Source: Escherichia phage EC100. Taken from it: a DNA stretch of 64,000 nt. The DNA lies in sequence record NC_105587.1; one strand, written 5' to 3'. Each line of letters starts with the position of its first letter. Within the stretch, counting starts at the first letter, position 1. Below, in pieces: positions 16,006-25,933 of this stretch. Under the pieces are notes generated by a model, which saw only the letters and a program-made list of their open reading frames with translations, was not told the DNA's origin and made no database searches. Position numbers and translations under genes: made by a program.

Positions 16006-17147
16006 AGGAAATCTCCAAATTCATTGCCCAGATCTTTCAGAGTATCAGTAGAGGTCTCAGTTACCTGACCTACACGGTAAGCTGCACCAATCTGGATTTC
16101 TTGTGGAGCAGGCTGTAGAGAAGTAGTATCCAACCAGTTCATGATCCACGGAATAGGGTTTTTGGTGATTACTGGTAAGTGACTAGGCCATTCTACACCA
16201 ATGTGCATAAATGCGTTACGTCCCACAAAGTACAAGTATTCTTCTAGAAGTTCTGCATTCAAACCAATCAGACTACGACCTTTGAAGATGAAATGACCCC
16301 ATTCAATTTCAGTTTTCAGAGTTTTCAGGAGCTGTGCTGGTGCTTTAGCCACTGCTTCATCTACCAGATCTTTGTCAAACTGCTGGAACATAATCTGGAT
16401 GATTGTTTTAGACATCTGAGTATGTAGGGCTTCATCTTTAGCAATCAACTGCAGATTTTTAGCAATACCTTGCAGAATATCGTTCTCTGCTAACGCAAAG
16501 GTACATGCAAAGGATGCGTAGAACTGCATTGCTTCTAGACCGTAGATTGCAAAATAAGCGTCTAATAACTTAGCCTGAGTTTCACGTTTAACTTCAGGAA
16601 ACTCTGTTTCTGGGTAAGTATTATCACCACGATGATCGCGTACTGCGATGAAATACTGACCTAACTGGTACAATTCATCGAACAGTTCAACAGAATCAGC
16701 GATACGTGCGAATGCTTCTTGGTTTTTAGTTACAGAATCAATAAATTCTGCCGGATCAGTCAGCACATTACGGATAATATTGCTATACGCACGACTATGC
16801 AGGTCTTCAAAATAGCTCCACTGCTTGAGCATACCTTCCAATTCTGGACGGCTTACAAGCGGCATAATAGCTGCTTCAGGAGCACGACTGATAAAGGAAT
16901 CTGTTTGAGTCTGCCATGCTAAGTTCAGGAGTGTGATTTCCTGGATTTCACGTGGGAGATTGGGCCATTGTTTCTTATCTGCTTCCAGACTGATTTCAGT
17001 TTCAGTCCAAAATTGAGAGCGTTGCAGAAGTGCCAGACGTTCTAGTTCTGGATGTGCTACACGTACATAATCTGCGATACCTAGAGAATCGCCCAGGAAA
17101 AGATCAGCGTTAGTATGATCCCAATTCAGGTTTAGTAAAGTAGTCAT
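16002..17147 (-). CDS. nrdB: ribonucleotide reductase class Ia beta subunit
   Basis: 381-aa R2-like protein with di-iron ligand region (DEALHTQM); T5-class promoter immediately upstream. Confidence 0.9.
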   Translation of the reverse strand: MTTLLNLNWDHTNADLFLGDSLGIADYVRVAHPELERLALLQRSQFWTETEISLEADKKQWPNLPREIQEITLLNLAWQTQTDSFISRAPEAAIMPLVSRPELEGMLKQWSYFEDLHSRAYSNIIRNVLTDPAEFIDSVTKNQEAFARIADSVELFDELYQLGQYFIAVRDHRGDNTYPETEFPEVKRETQAKLLDAYFAIYGLEAMQFYASFACTFALAENDILQGIAKNLQLIAKDEALHTQMSKTIIQIMFQQFDKDLVDEAVAKAPAQLLKTLKTEIEWGHFIFKGRSLIGLNAELLEEYLYFVGRNAFMHIGVEWPSHLPVITKNPIPWIMNWLDTTSLQPAPQEIQIGAAYRVGQVTETSTDTLKDLGNEFGDFL

Positions 17148-17178
17148 TGATTTTCCTCTTTCTCACTATTTCAGGAAT

Positions 17179-17207
17179 ATTATAGCAAATCAGGTAGCGA
17201 TTAGCAA
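17179..17207 (-). promoter_or_regulatory. T5 early-class promoter upstream of nrdB
   Basis: Minus-strand TTGCTA-17-TATAAT between the nrdA terminator hairpin and the nrdB start. Confidence 0.55.
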
Positions 17208-17216
17208 GTAAAATTT

Positions 17217-17254
17217 CAAAGAAAAAGGAGACCCGAAGATCTCCTTGTTTTTTA
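17217..17254 (-). terminator. bidirectional hairpin terminator after nrdA
   Basis: AAGGAGA-CCCGAAGA-TCTCCTT hairpin with T-runs on both strands. Confidence 0.6.
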
Positions 17255-19585
17255 TTATAACTGGCAACCACCAGAAGCACAACCCGCTGCTTCTTCACCA
17301 GCTCCTCCACCATTCGCAGTGTTAAAGTTAGCATAATACCAAGTTTTTATACCGTACTTAACAGCAGTCATGAAATCACGAACTACTACTGGGCCAGGGA
17401 TGATTTCATTCTCGAATTTAGAGTAATCATAATACATCTGGAAACTTGATGACTGATTCAAGAATTTTTGGTAAACGGCGTTCCACTTGATCCACTCAGT
17501 GCGATCAATATCATAGGCCAGTTTATAGCTCATTAATGTTTCCCAATCAGTCGCACCTGGGGCAATTGCAATTACTTTATTCACTGCACTACCCTTGATA
17601 GATACAATCTTACGAGGTGGCTCAATTGAGTTGGTAACACCTAACAGAACAGAGGAACTTTCTCCCGGCATCTGAGCAGTCAGAACAGAGTTACGCATAC
17701 CGTATTTCAGAATATCTGCACGGAGAGATTCCCAATCCATTTCTAGACCTACGGATACCAGCTCATCAACAGTTTTCTTATACGTGTCGATTACCAGAAT
17801 TCCTTTGGATGGTTTAGTACGATTAAACCATTCACATGCACCTTGTTCTTTAGCCAGACGTACAGAGGCTTTATGTAGGAAGTAAGACAGTTTTTCAGCC
17901 TCACGGTGAATCCAGTTACGTGCTTCAACGCCTTCATAAGCCAGACCTTCTGCTGCCATTGCACCTGCTGCGTTCATAAGGCCAATACCAACGTTACGAC
18001 GTTTCTTAGCTGTATATTCCATAGTTGGGAACGGATAGTCCTGAATTTCAATAATTGTATCAACGAATTTCAGGAGGATGTAGCAAGTTTTTTCCCACTC
18101 AGCCAGAGATTCCATGCGTCCTAGTACAACACCACCTAAGTTACACAGAGATACTTCCCCAATATCCTCCGGCTTCATTTGATCAAGTTGTTCTTTTGTT
18201 TTATACAGTTCCGTGATATGATGGAGCGGGCGTGTAGGCTGAGTAATTTCAACACAAAGGTTTGTCATACGGATTGGATCAAGGAAGTTACCGTGACGAT
18301 TAGATTCCCCAATGTGGTGCGCATACATGCGTCCTGTTTCCATTCGGATACGTAGCCAGGTATCTAGGATTTCTTTTGCAGAGACTTTAGGAGCTGCTGG
18401 AACTGTTTTTCCTTCGTGGTCGATCTTTGTAAGAGATGCCACACGTTTCTCCGCTGCCACATAGATTTCTTCAAATTTAGCCTCGTCATCACTATAAAAC
18501 GCTTCATGAACTTCTGGAGCATAGAAGTATGACATTAGCGTAATATCTTCATTTTTCAGATAACGTTTTAACAAAAGATTGTTGAAACTCAGAGAATAAT
18601 CCATCTTATCGATTTTATTCTCATCTGTAGCACGTTGTTGCTTAACCTGCATCAACTGGATGATTTCAGGGTCAAAGTAAGGATAGGATACAGTAGCAGA
18701 ACCACCACGAGTTTGCTGAGTATTAGCCTTTACTGATCGGTCAATGTGTCGATAATATGGCAGTTTTCCGGAATGCGGGAATGCCCCATTTCGCACCGGA
18801 TCAGCAATTGATCGGCTTTCAAGATGATACCCGATTCCCGCTCTGGCTGCGACCATTTTAAAAACGATGTGCTCGGCTGTGTCGATTGAATCCAATGTGT
18901 CAGTGGAATCCACGAGGCAGCAACTAGCAAATCCACGGTCACTAGAGCGCAAGCCAACCAATGGCGGCGTAGGAACGTTGATTTTGTGGAGCGACATTGC
19001 ATTGTAGAGGTCGATTGCATCTAGAATTGTCCAGTTAGGTTGAGATAACATCGCCATTGCCATGCCCATATAGGCAAATTGCGGGGTTTCGTAAATTTCG
19101 CCAGTTGCGATATTACGACGGGAATACTTATCAAAGAATTGTTTCAGTCCTCCGCTAGTGAAAAGACGGTCACGATCATGATCAATAACCTGATTCAAAG
19201 CCTCAAACTGCTCATCGGTAATCCATGCACTCATGTCTTCCCATGCACCTACACTAACCATATGATCGTGGAAAAAGCGTAGAGAAGGTGGTTCGAAGGA
19301 ATCATAAAGGCGTTTACGCATCTGCGCAAGACGTAATTCCTTTGCAGGCACGTCGTATGCTGGATTATCTTTGATAAGACTTTCAGCAGCTTTAATTAAC
19401 GCATCCATCAGAGTATCGGAATCTACAACCCCTTTAGGCAGAGTTTTTTGAGCAGCCATAGTAATGGCTGACCAACTTACATCAACTGTTTTGCAACCAT
19501 ACTCTGCCCAACCATTGAGTTTTTCAGGAGCAAAGTCTTCTACAGTACCGTCACGTTTAATTACTTTTTCAATGCGATGGCTCAT
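17255..19585 (-). CDS. nrdA: ribonucleotide reductase class Ia alpha subunit
   Basis: N-terminal ATP-cone (VIKRDGTVEDF), C-terminal Cys pair (GCASGGCQL); start moved to ATG 19585 with AAGGAAAA ribosome-binding site. Confidence 0.9.
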   Translation of the reverse strand: MSHRIEKVIKRDGTVEDFAPEKLNGWAEYGCKTVDVSWSAITMAAQKTLPKGVVDSDTLMDALIKAAESLIKDNPAYDVPAKELRLAQMRKRLYDSFEPPSLRFFHDHMVSVGAWEDMSAWITDEQFEALNQVIDHDRDRLFTSGGLKQFFDKYSRRNIATGEIYETPQFAYMGMAMAMLSQPNWTILDAIDLYNAMSLHKINVPTPPLVGLRSSDRGFASCCLVDSTDTLDSIDTAEHIVFKMVAARAGIGYHLESRSIADPVRNGAFPHSGKLPYYRHIDRSVKANTQQTRGGSATVSYPYFDPEIIQLMQVKQQRATDENKIDKMDYSLSFNNLLLKRYLKNEDITLMSYFYAPEVHEAFYSDDEAKFEEIYVAAEKRVASLTKIDHEGKTVPAAPKVSAKEILDTWLRIRMETGRMYAHHIGESNRHGNFLDPIRMTNLCVEITQPTRPLHHITELYKTKEQLDQMKPEDIGEVSLCNLGGVVLGRMESLAEWEKTCYILLKFVDTIIEIQDYPFPTMEYTAKKRRNVGIGLMNAAGAMAAEGLAYEGVEARNWIHREAEKLSYFLHKASVRLAKEQGACEWFNRTKPSKGILVIDTYKKTVDELVSVGLEMDWESLRADILKYGMRNSVLTAQMPGESSSVLLGVTNSIEPPRKIVSIKGSAVNKVIAIAPGATDWETLMSYKLAYDIDRTEWIKWNAVYQKFLNQSSSFQMYYDYSKFENEIIPGPVVVRDFMTAVKYGIKTWYYANFNTANGGGAGEEAAGCASGGCQL

Positions 19586-19729
19586 TTGGTTTTCCTTTTT
19601 ATAGTTATCAGGATTTAGGAAATAGTTTACTTTATTCTCAGTCATTTGGCAAATAAAATTTTCTGATAGAAAAGGCCCGAGTATTTTCATACCCAGGCCT
19701 TCTGTGTTGTCAGTCTAGTTTTTGGCCAC

Positions 19730-19927
19730 TTAAGTTCTCAGCAGAATATCTATTGAGGTACTTAGTTCATTATAATTGAAGGGCCGATTTGGATTTGAGG
19801 TTACAATTTTCCACGCTAGGGTAGTCTTAGGACTATCTTCCCCTTCCTTACGTGTAATCATATTAGCAGCACTCAGTGAAGTACGATGTATTTTTGTTTT
19901 ACGGTGTAGATGTACGACGTTTCCCAT
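19730..19927 (-). CDS. hypothetical protein (65 aa)
   Basis: ATG-initiated ORF immediately downstream of phoH. Confidence 0.35.
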   Translation of the reverse strand: MGNVVHLHRKTKIHRTSLSAANMITRKEGEDSPKTTLAWKIVTSNPNRPFNYNELSTSIDILLRT

Positions 19928-19928
19928 A

Positions 19929-20681
19929 TTACACCTTCCCCATGTCTTTAAAAATATCGTAGAATGCTTTAGACTCAGCAGAACGAACGTTATCGATCAA
20001 TTCGATCATTGAGAATGGAGCATTTTCATATTTCTCATAAACTTCCATAAGAAGTGCTAGACCTGAGTCACCTTTAATGTCTTTCTGAGCTATATCTCCG
20101 CAGATAATTAAACGGCAGTCTTGTCCTACACGAGTTAGGAGACAAACCATTGCCTCAACGGAAATATTCTGAGCTTCATCGACAATTACATAGGAGTTGT
20201 TGAAAGTTCTGCCACGAGCATGTTCTATAGCCAAAAATTTAATTTTCTGGCGTTCGACATATCCCTTATAGGCATGATCACCGATGGCCCATTTCATACC
20301 ATCAGCTATTGGCTCCAACCAAGGCTCTAGCTTTTCTGCTAGATCACCAGGAAGCATACCAAGAGACTTACCTAGAGGTTCATTAGGACGTACGAGAATC
20401 ACTTGCTCAATATCTGAGTGAATGTCTACGAGTTCCTGAGCTGCAAGAACGGACGGGATAAAGGTTTTACCTGTACCTGGTTCACCGATACCTACAGTCA
20501 CTGTGTTGTTCTTGATCATATTGATATATGATTTTTGCTCTCGGTTTTTACCTACTAGGGATTTAGCAACTGGGTTAGCGTAATCATTAGAAAAATCAGC
20601 CTGAATTACGTTATTCTCATATTTGTTGCCACGCTTTCTTGAACCATTGCGGTTCTCTCTTTTTTGACGTGCTTTTCCCAT
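19929..20681 (-). CDS. phoH: PhoH-like ATPase
   Basis: Walker A GEPGTGKT, Walker B YVIVDEAQN; start moved to ATG 20681 with AGGAG ribosome-binding site. Confidence 0.85.
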   Translation of the reverse strand: MGKARQKRENRNGSRKRGNKYENNVIQADFSNDYANPVAKSLVGKNREQKSYINMIKNNTVTVGIGEPGTGKTFIPSVLAAQELVDIHSDIEQVILVRPNEPLGKSLGMLPGDLAEKLEPWLEPIADGMKWAIGDHAYKGYVERQKIKFLAIEHARGRTFNNSYVIVDEAQNISVEAMVCLLTRVGQDCRLIICGDIAQKDIKGDSGLALLMEVYEKYENAPFSMIELIDNVRSAESKAFYDIFKDMGKV

Positions 20682-20993
20682 AAATAACACTCCTATAGTG
20701 TACTTCGCTAACAGAGGATCAACAAAAAGATCTTGTTTATCAACTTACAAATATATTATACCAGTATATGCAGTAAAAAGCAACTACAATTTTAAATAAG
20801 CCTATGATATTGCATTTAAATAAAAAATTTGCTTGCTTTTAACGGGAAATGTATGGTATTAGATAATCATTTTATACCGCGTACATAGGTGCGTGATTAT
20901 ACTATTTTAAGTACAAAATAGCAAATAAATTTTTTAACAATTTGCTAACCTTTTAGCACAGATCAAAATACAATATCTAAGAGAAAAATTATA

Positions 20994-21022
20994 TTGACAT
21001 TTGCCCTTGAATAAGCTATAAT
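20994..21022 (+). promoter_or_regulatory. sigma70 consensus promoter upstream of nrdD
   Basis: TTGACA, 17 bp, TATAAT in the AT-rich divergent region between phoH and nrdD. Confidence 0.6.
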
Positions 21023-21051
21023 AGTAGTCTTAGCTAGAGAAGGAGAGTATA

Positions 21052-22926
21052 ATGAATCGCAATGATGAACTAAAGTACAAGGAAATGCAGTCCTTGATTA
21101 GAAACTGCAAAGAAATTATTGAGGGTTCTGCTGATGAAGAGCTTCTCTTTAATAATGCGAATAAACCCTCTGAGCGTTTCCCTACACAAAGGGATATGCT
21201 TGCAGGGGAATTGAGTAAATATCTGATTCTAGAAGAAATGCCAATTCAGATTCGAAATGCTCATATGATTGGTGATATTCACTTTCATGATGCTGATTAC
21301 GCTGCTTTAGGCATGACTAACTGTTGCCTAGTAGCCCTGGAAGATATGTTGAAAAATGGTATGAAAGTTGGTAATGCTGAAATTAGCACTCCAAACTCTA
21401 TCACTACTGCGGCTGCTATTACAGCTCAGATTATCACACAGGTTAGTTCCCATCAGTATGGAGGTACTTCTGTAGACCGATTAGATGAGGTATTGGCTCC
21501 TTATGTTCGTAAGTCTTATGATAAGAATCATGCGTTTGCAAAACGTTGGACTAAGGATGAAGCCAAAGCATCAGTAATGGCTACGGAGATGACTGAAAAA
21601 GAAGTCTATGATGCTTGTCAAGGTCTAGAGTATGAAATCAATACGATGTTCAACTCTAATGGTCAGAGTCCATTTATTACCTTTGGTTTTGGTCTAGGAA
21701 CTTCTTGGGAAGCACGTCTAGTACAGAAAGCAATACTGAAAGTACGTATGGATGGCTTAGGCATCAATAAACGTACAGCTATCTTTCCGAAACTGGTGTT
21801 TGTTCTGCGTGATGGCGTAAATATGAAGCCAGGAGATGTTAATTATGACATCAAGAAGTTAGCTATGAAATGTACTGCTGAACGTATGTATCCGGACTAT
21901 ATAAGCTATGATAAGGTTGTGGAAGTTACGGGCGACTATAAAGTTTCTATGGGCTGCCGTTCATTCCTAGCTGCTACAGAAGATGGTGAAACTGCCGGTC
22001 GTAATAACTTAGGTGTTGTTTCTATAAACTTGCCTAGAATTGCTATCGAAGCTGAGGGGAATATTGATCTATTCTTTGATTTGCTTGAGTTACGTGTGGA
22101 TACAGCGTTAAAAGCATTGGAGTGGAGGGTTGATCGCTTAAAATACATTCAAGCTAAAGCCGCACCCATCCTCTATATGTCAGGAGCCTTTGGATTACGC
22201 TTAGGGCCTGATGAGTATGTATTCGATCATTTCTATAACCGTGCTTCTGTATCTCTGGGGTATATTGGTTGCCATGAAATGTTACAGTTCATGTTTGGCA
22301 AAGATGTGGATACAATGTCAGACACCTGTATTAAGTTTGTACAACGTGTTCTACAGTATATGCGGGATAGAGTGGATCAGAAGAAGGAAGAGACTCAGTT
22401 AGGCTATAGTCTGTATGCTACACCATCAGAGTCCCTATGTGATCGCTTTTGTCGTCTAGACCATGAATATTTCCCGGAGCATGAAGATATTCTGTCCAAA
22501 GGTTACTACACTAACTCACACCACCTCGATGTGGAGCGTAAGGTTGCTCCAAACGTGAAGTTTGACTATGAATCTAATTTTACTCCAATTGCATCTGGTG
22601 GGTGTATTTCCTACGTGGAATTACCAGACATGAAACGATTCCCAGATGCACTGGAATGGGTTATTAACTATGCTGCTAGTAAGGTTCATTACTTTGGTAT
22701 TAATACTCCAGTGGATTCTTGTGGTAAATGTGGATTCTTAGGTGAAACAGTAGCATCCGAAGATGGATTCAAGTGCCCTATCTGTGGTAATCATGACCCT
22801 GAAACTCTTGAAGTAACTCGTCGAGTTTGTGGGTATCTTGGAAATCCAGGTGCTCGTCCGTTTAACCCAGGCAAACAACATGAGGTTATGGGCAGGGTGA
22901 AACATCAGGATATTCTAGCTAAATAA
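21052..22926 (+). CDS. nrdD: anaerobic ribonucleoside-triphosphate reductase (class III)
   Basis: C-terminal zinc ribbon CGKCG...CPICG and glycyl-radical motif RVCGYLG; 624 aa; TTGACA-17-TATAAT promoter and GAAGGAG ribosome-binding site upstream. Confidence 0.9.
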   Translation: MNRNDELKYKEMQSLIRNCKEIIEGSADEELLFNNANKPSERFPTQRDMLAGELSKYLILEEMPIQIRNAHMIGDIHFHDADYAALGMTNCCLVALEDMLKNGMKVGNAEISTPNSITTAAAITAQIITQVSSHQYGGTSVDRLDEVLAPYVRKSYDKNHAFAKRWTKDEAKASVMATEMTEKEVYDACQGLEYEINTMFNSNGQSPFITFGFGLGTSWEARLVQKAILKVRMDGLGINKRTAIFPKLVFVLRDGVNMKPGDVNYDIKKLAMKCTAERMYPDYISYDKVVEVTGDYKVSMGCRSFLAATEDGETAGRNNLGVVSINLPRIAIEAEGNIDLFFDLLELRVDTALKALEWRVDRLKYIQAKAAPILYMSGAFGLRLGPDEYVFDHFYNRASVSLGYIGCHEMLQFMFGKDVDTMSDTCIKFVQRVLQYMRDRVDQKKEETQLGYSLYATPSESLCDRFCRLDHEYFPEHEDILSKGYYTNSHHLDVERKVAPNVKFDYESNFTPIASGGCISYVELPDMKRFPDALEWVINYAASKVHYFGINTPVDSCGKCGFLGETVASEDGFKCPICGNHDPETLEVTRRVCGYLGNPGARPFNPGKQHEVMGRVKHQDILAK

Positions 22927-22930
22927 GCTA

Positions 22931-22962
22931 ATCAGCCAGGTTGCTAGTCGACCTGGCTTTTA
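22931..22962 (+). terminator. intrinsic terminator after nrdD
   Basis: AGCCAGGT-TGCTAGTCG-ACCTGGCT hairpin followed by TTTATTTT. Confidence 0.7.
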
Positions 22963-22968
22963 TTTTAT

Positions 22969-22997
22969 TTGCTTTCAGCTAAAAATTTATGTATAAT
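22969..22997 (+). promoter_or_regulatory. T5 early-class promoter (TTGCTT, 17 bp, TATAAT)
   Basis: Followed by AGATTTATAAATTTGAGAGGAG and the ATG at 23026. Confidence 0.65.
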
Positions 22998-23025
22998 AGA
23001 TTTATAAATTTGAGAGGAGAAAGAT

Positions 23026-23238
23026 ATGAGGATTCATAAGGTAGATAAAGATCGTATCTATTTTGTTATGGACTCAGGAGCATATGGTTCCATTCTCTGT
23101 GAGGATATAACTAAATTATGTTTAGTAAATACTTGGATGGACGAAGAGAAGATTGATCCTAGGGCGGGATTGTGCTTATCTGAGCCCGCCCTTTCTATTG
23201 CTAATGCAGAAATTGAAATGTTTGAGGAACAAGAATGA
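23026..23238 (+). CDS. hypothetical protein (70 aa)
   Basis: GAGAGGAG ribosome-binding site downstream of a T5-class promoter. Confidence 0.4.
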   Translation: MRIHKVDKDRIYFVMDSGAYGSILCEDITKLCLVNTWMDEEKIDPRAGLCLSEPALSIANAEIEMFEEQE

Positions 23239-23438
23239 AAAACGTAAAACATCTTAAATATCGCTTAATTTACAACGGACGTATGGAAACAGAAGATCTG
23301 GCCCAACTAGCTATTAATTCTAATGAGGTTACAGTGCGTGCACTGGCAATTGAAAAGTTGCGTGCTTCTTATGAAAATCGTGTTATGGAACTAGAGGAGA
23401 AACTTTATGGACTTCTTGAATCAGAATCTAAAAAGTAA
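23235..23438 (+). CDS. hypothetical protein (67 aa)
   Basis: ATGA overlap with the upstream stop (translational coupling). Confidence 0.4.
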   Translation: MKNVKHLKYRLIYNGRMETEDLAQLAINSNEVTVRALAIEKLRASYENRVMELEEKLYGLLESESKK

Positions 23439-23601
23439 TCCAGAAAACATGCTTATTGAGCAGTGGAACTTTGGTTATAATGCTGGTGTAGCTACTTGTA
23501 TTGCTAGATTGGATATGCTTATTAAACAAGAAAAGGTACGCCCGGAGGAAGCAATTTTACTCCGAAATATTATCGAAGGATTTAAGCAAGGAATCGTATA
23601 G
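23407..23601 (+). CDS. hypothetical protein (64 aa)
   Basis: GGAGAA ribosome-binding site; overlaps the preceding ORF. Confidence 0.4.
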   Translation: MDFLNQNLKSNPENMLIEQWNFGYNAGVATCIARLDMLIKQEKVRPEEAILLRNIIEGFKQGIV

Positions 23602-24437
23602 TGCGTAGATTAATTATTATTAGCGGTGCGGGTTTGAGTGTTGAAAGTGGTGTACGAGCTTTTCGTACTGATACTGCTAGTGGTAAAGCATTGTGGGATG
23701 ATTATGACTTAGAAGAGGTATGTAATATTCATGCCTTTCGTGGTAATTTTTATCATAAAACTCATATGTTTTACAACAAGCGTCGTGAAGAGCTAAAAAC
23801 TGTTGAACCCAATCTTGCACACTTGCGTATTGGTGAATGGTATAAGAAATATCCGGGTCAAGTAGTAAACTTGACTACCAACGTTGATGACCTTATTGAG
23901 CGTGCTGGCGTTCCACATAGTGACATTCTGCACATTCATGGGTATTTAAAAGAGGTTGTTGTAGCTGATAGCTACAATAGTAGCAATAAACGAATTATTG
24001 ATATTGGGTATAGCTCTATTGACCCAGATGATTATAAATGGGTTAAACCTAATGTAATCTTCTTCGGGGAACATGCTCCAGCATATGCAGAAATGTACAA
24101 TGTTTTTGATGGTATTACCAGTCAAGATATGATCATTGTGGTTGGTTGCTCTAATCAAGTAATTAACTTCTACTGGGAATTATTCCCTGTTCTTAATCTG
24201 ACTTCTGCAAAACTTATGGTAGTTAACTACTATGATAGTGCTCTAGCGGTGGAACCAGGCTATCAAGGTATGACTCGTAGTGAGATGTACCAATTGGAAG
24301 AACGCGGTATCCCTTACTGGAGTAAAGGTGCGGTAGATGCTTTCAGTGACCCTGGTTTTATTGCTCGTGTAGAAGCCCATTTAGAGGGTAGACCTTATGT
24401 GCCGGAGAGAATGGGGAACAAATATGTCCATAGTTAA
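23601..24437 (+). CDS. Sir2-family (sirtuin/CobB-like) NAD-dependent enzyme, lacking the zinc-binding Cys cluster
   Basis: GAGLSVESGVRAFR (NAD-binding), TTNVDDL, catalytic HIHG, NVIFFGE; no CxxC pairs between HG and FGE; GTG start overlapping the upstream stop. Confidence 0.75.
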   Translation: MRRLIIISGAGLSVESGVRAFRTDTASGKALWDDYDLEEVCNIHAFRGNFYHKTHMFYNKRREELKTVEPNLAHLRIGEWYKKYPGQVVNLTTNVDDLIERAGVPHSDILHIHGYLKEVVVADSYNSSNKRIIDIGYSSIDPDDYKWVKPNVIFFGEHAPAYAEMYNVFDGITSQDMIIVVGCSNQVINFYWELFPVLNLTSAKLMVVNYYDSALAVEPGYQGMTRSEMYQLEERGIPYWSKGAVDAFSDPGFIARVEAHLEGRPYVPERMGNKYVHS

Positions 24438-24606
24438 ATCTGTGTATACACATCCCGATGATATATTTGTATGGGCGGATGGTAGTTGGTGTTATCGATG
24501 TGAGCTATGGGAAATGGACTATAAATCCGATGACTATGGTGTCATATATGTTGATACGGCTGAGTATGATACGTTCTTAGAAAGGAACAAAAATGGAAAT
24601 AAGTAA
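24424..24606 (+). CDS. hypothetical small protein
   Basis: Track ORF 24397..24606; ATG at 24424 chosen; overlaps the Sir2 3' end. Confidence 0.3.
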   Translation: MSIVKSVYTHPDDIFVWADGSWCYRCELWEMDYKSDDYGVIYVDTAEYDTFLERNKNGNK

Positions 24607-25099
24607 TACTCCAATTATTTTTCTAGACATTGATGGGGTGCTTAATTCGAGCATCTCCCACCATCATGCACCTGATGATGAAAAGATTTTCTTTGGAAGT
24701 GACTGGGTTTTTAAACCACTTCTCAAGGCTTTTCAGGACTTTATTCGTCCTTCTCCAATAATGATTGTTGGGGTATCTTCATGGTTCTCTGTCAAGAATG
24801 AGATGGAGAACGTTCAGATTATGGCCGGATTAGATCTTATCGATCGTTTTCTTGGTACAACGGATTTTACTGGTGGTGGGCTATCTAGAGGTAATTCTGT
24901 TCTTCGCTTCGTTGAAAAGCATAAGCTCAAACATTGGTGTGTGCTGGATGACGCTGGTGCTATGATGTATCAGTATCCAACGGTTATAGTCAACGGTAGA
25001 ACTGGAATAAATCTTCAAGATTTAAGAGCTGTTAGCTATATGTTAGAATTTAGTCCAGATCTTGAAATGTGTAAAGCCCTACAACAATTTAAGGTGTAA
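24593..25099 (+). CDS. HAD-superfamily phosphatase-like protein (capless)
   Basis: HAD motif I FLDIDGVLN, motif II VGVSSW, Lys region KHKLKH, motif IV VLDDAG; 168 aa. Confidence 0.55.
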   Translation: MEISNTPIIFLDIDGVLNSSISHHHAPDDEKIFFGSDWVFKPLLKAFQDFIRPSPIMIVGVSSWFSVKNEMENVQIMAGLDLIDRFLGTTDFTGGGLSRGNSVLRFVEKHKLKHWCVLDDAGAMMYQYPTVIVNGRTGINLQDLRAVSYMLEFSPDLEMCKALQQFKV

Positions 25100-25101
25100 A
25101 T

Positions 25102-25530
25102 ATGTTCAATAATGTATTCTCTAAAGAAGCTAACCCAATATTGGTTAATTTTTGGCGTACTCTTCCAGACAACCTGTACAATGAGGCTATTAATGCTCTG
25201 AAAATATGGTGTGAGAATAATGAAATCTCCTTTGCTTTTAAAGGTGAGATTGAAGAAGCTCCCTGTATTGGTTTAATTGTGCAGGTAGAGGATGGCTTTG
25301 AAGAGATTGTCGGCTGGAAAGAGTTAGATGAAATGGGCTTGGTTTTTGCGTTAAACTATAAGCTGTTTATGCCTAATAAGCACCGTATTGTTGTTAACTA
25401 TAAAACCAGTGAATCTCCGGGCTTTCAAGTTAATGAACATTACGGTTGGTCTTACTCACCGGAAGAAGTAAATGATGGTATACAAAAACTTCGTCGTTTT
25501 GGTTATCAAATTCCGGGTTTAACCGCCTAA
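25102..25530 (+). CDS. hypothetical protein, paralog A of a tandem pair
   Basis: Shares SFAF..PCIG, W.EL..MGL..ALN..LF.P and W.Y.P...L.R.G...PGL blocks with the next ORF. Confidence 0.5.
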   Translation: MFNNVFSKEANPILVNFWRTLPDNLYNEAINALKIWCENNEISFAFKGEIEEAPCIGLIVQVEDGFEEIVGWKELDEMGLVFALNYKLFMPNKHRIVVNYKTSESPGFQVNEHYGWSYSPEEVNDGIQKLRRFGYQIPGLTA

Positions 25531-25540
25531 AGGGGGCACA

Positions 25541-25933
25541 ATGGAACAAGTATATTGGCGTCAGATTGATCCTAGTTTGGTGAAGCGTGCGGAGAAGCTG
25601 CTACAACGTTGGTTGGGGGTAAGACAAGCCTCCTTCACTTTTCCGGAGCAGCAAATAGACGATCCCTGTGTTGGTGTTTTCCTATCAGGCTACGCTAGGG
25701 AATGGGAATTGGATTGGAATGAATTGTCTGCTATGGGTTTAATTGTTGCACTAAATTTCTCTTTGTTCCATCCACGTGGTTTGGCCATATGTCGTGTGCC
25801 TGATGACGGTTGTTCGCCCCATCTTTTACAGGTGGAAGATGATATTTGGGAGTACACTCCAGATATTCTCAAAGAAGCCAAAGAACAATTAAACCGTGTT
25901 GGGATCTATGTTCCGGGGCTAAATGATAAATGA
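25541..25933 (+). CDS. hypothetical protein, paralog B of a tandem pair
   Basis: Collinear similarity to 25102..25530; AAGGGGG ribosome-binding site. Confidence 0.5.
   Translation: MEQVYWRQIDPSLVKRAEKLLQRWLGVRQASFTFPEQQIDDPCVGVFLSGYAREWELDWNELSAMGLIVALNFSLFHPRGLAICRVPDDGCSPHLLQVEDDIWEYTPDILKEAKEQLNRVGIYVPGLNDK

Noticed and set aside
17110-17334. Minus-strand 74-aa ORF spanning the nrdA/nrdB junction
   Set aside because: Runs through the nrdA terminator hairpin and nrdB promoter; no ribosome-binding site; overlaps both flanking genes.
23026-23601. Candidate nrdG among the small ORFs downstream of nrdD
   Set aside because: None contains the CxxxCxxC radical-SAM motif or is long enough for an NrdG-like activase.
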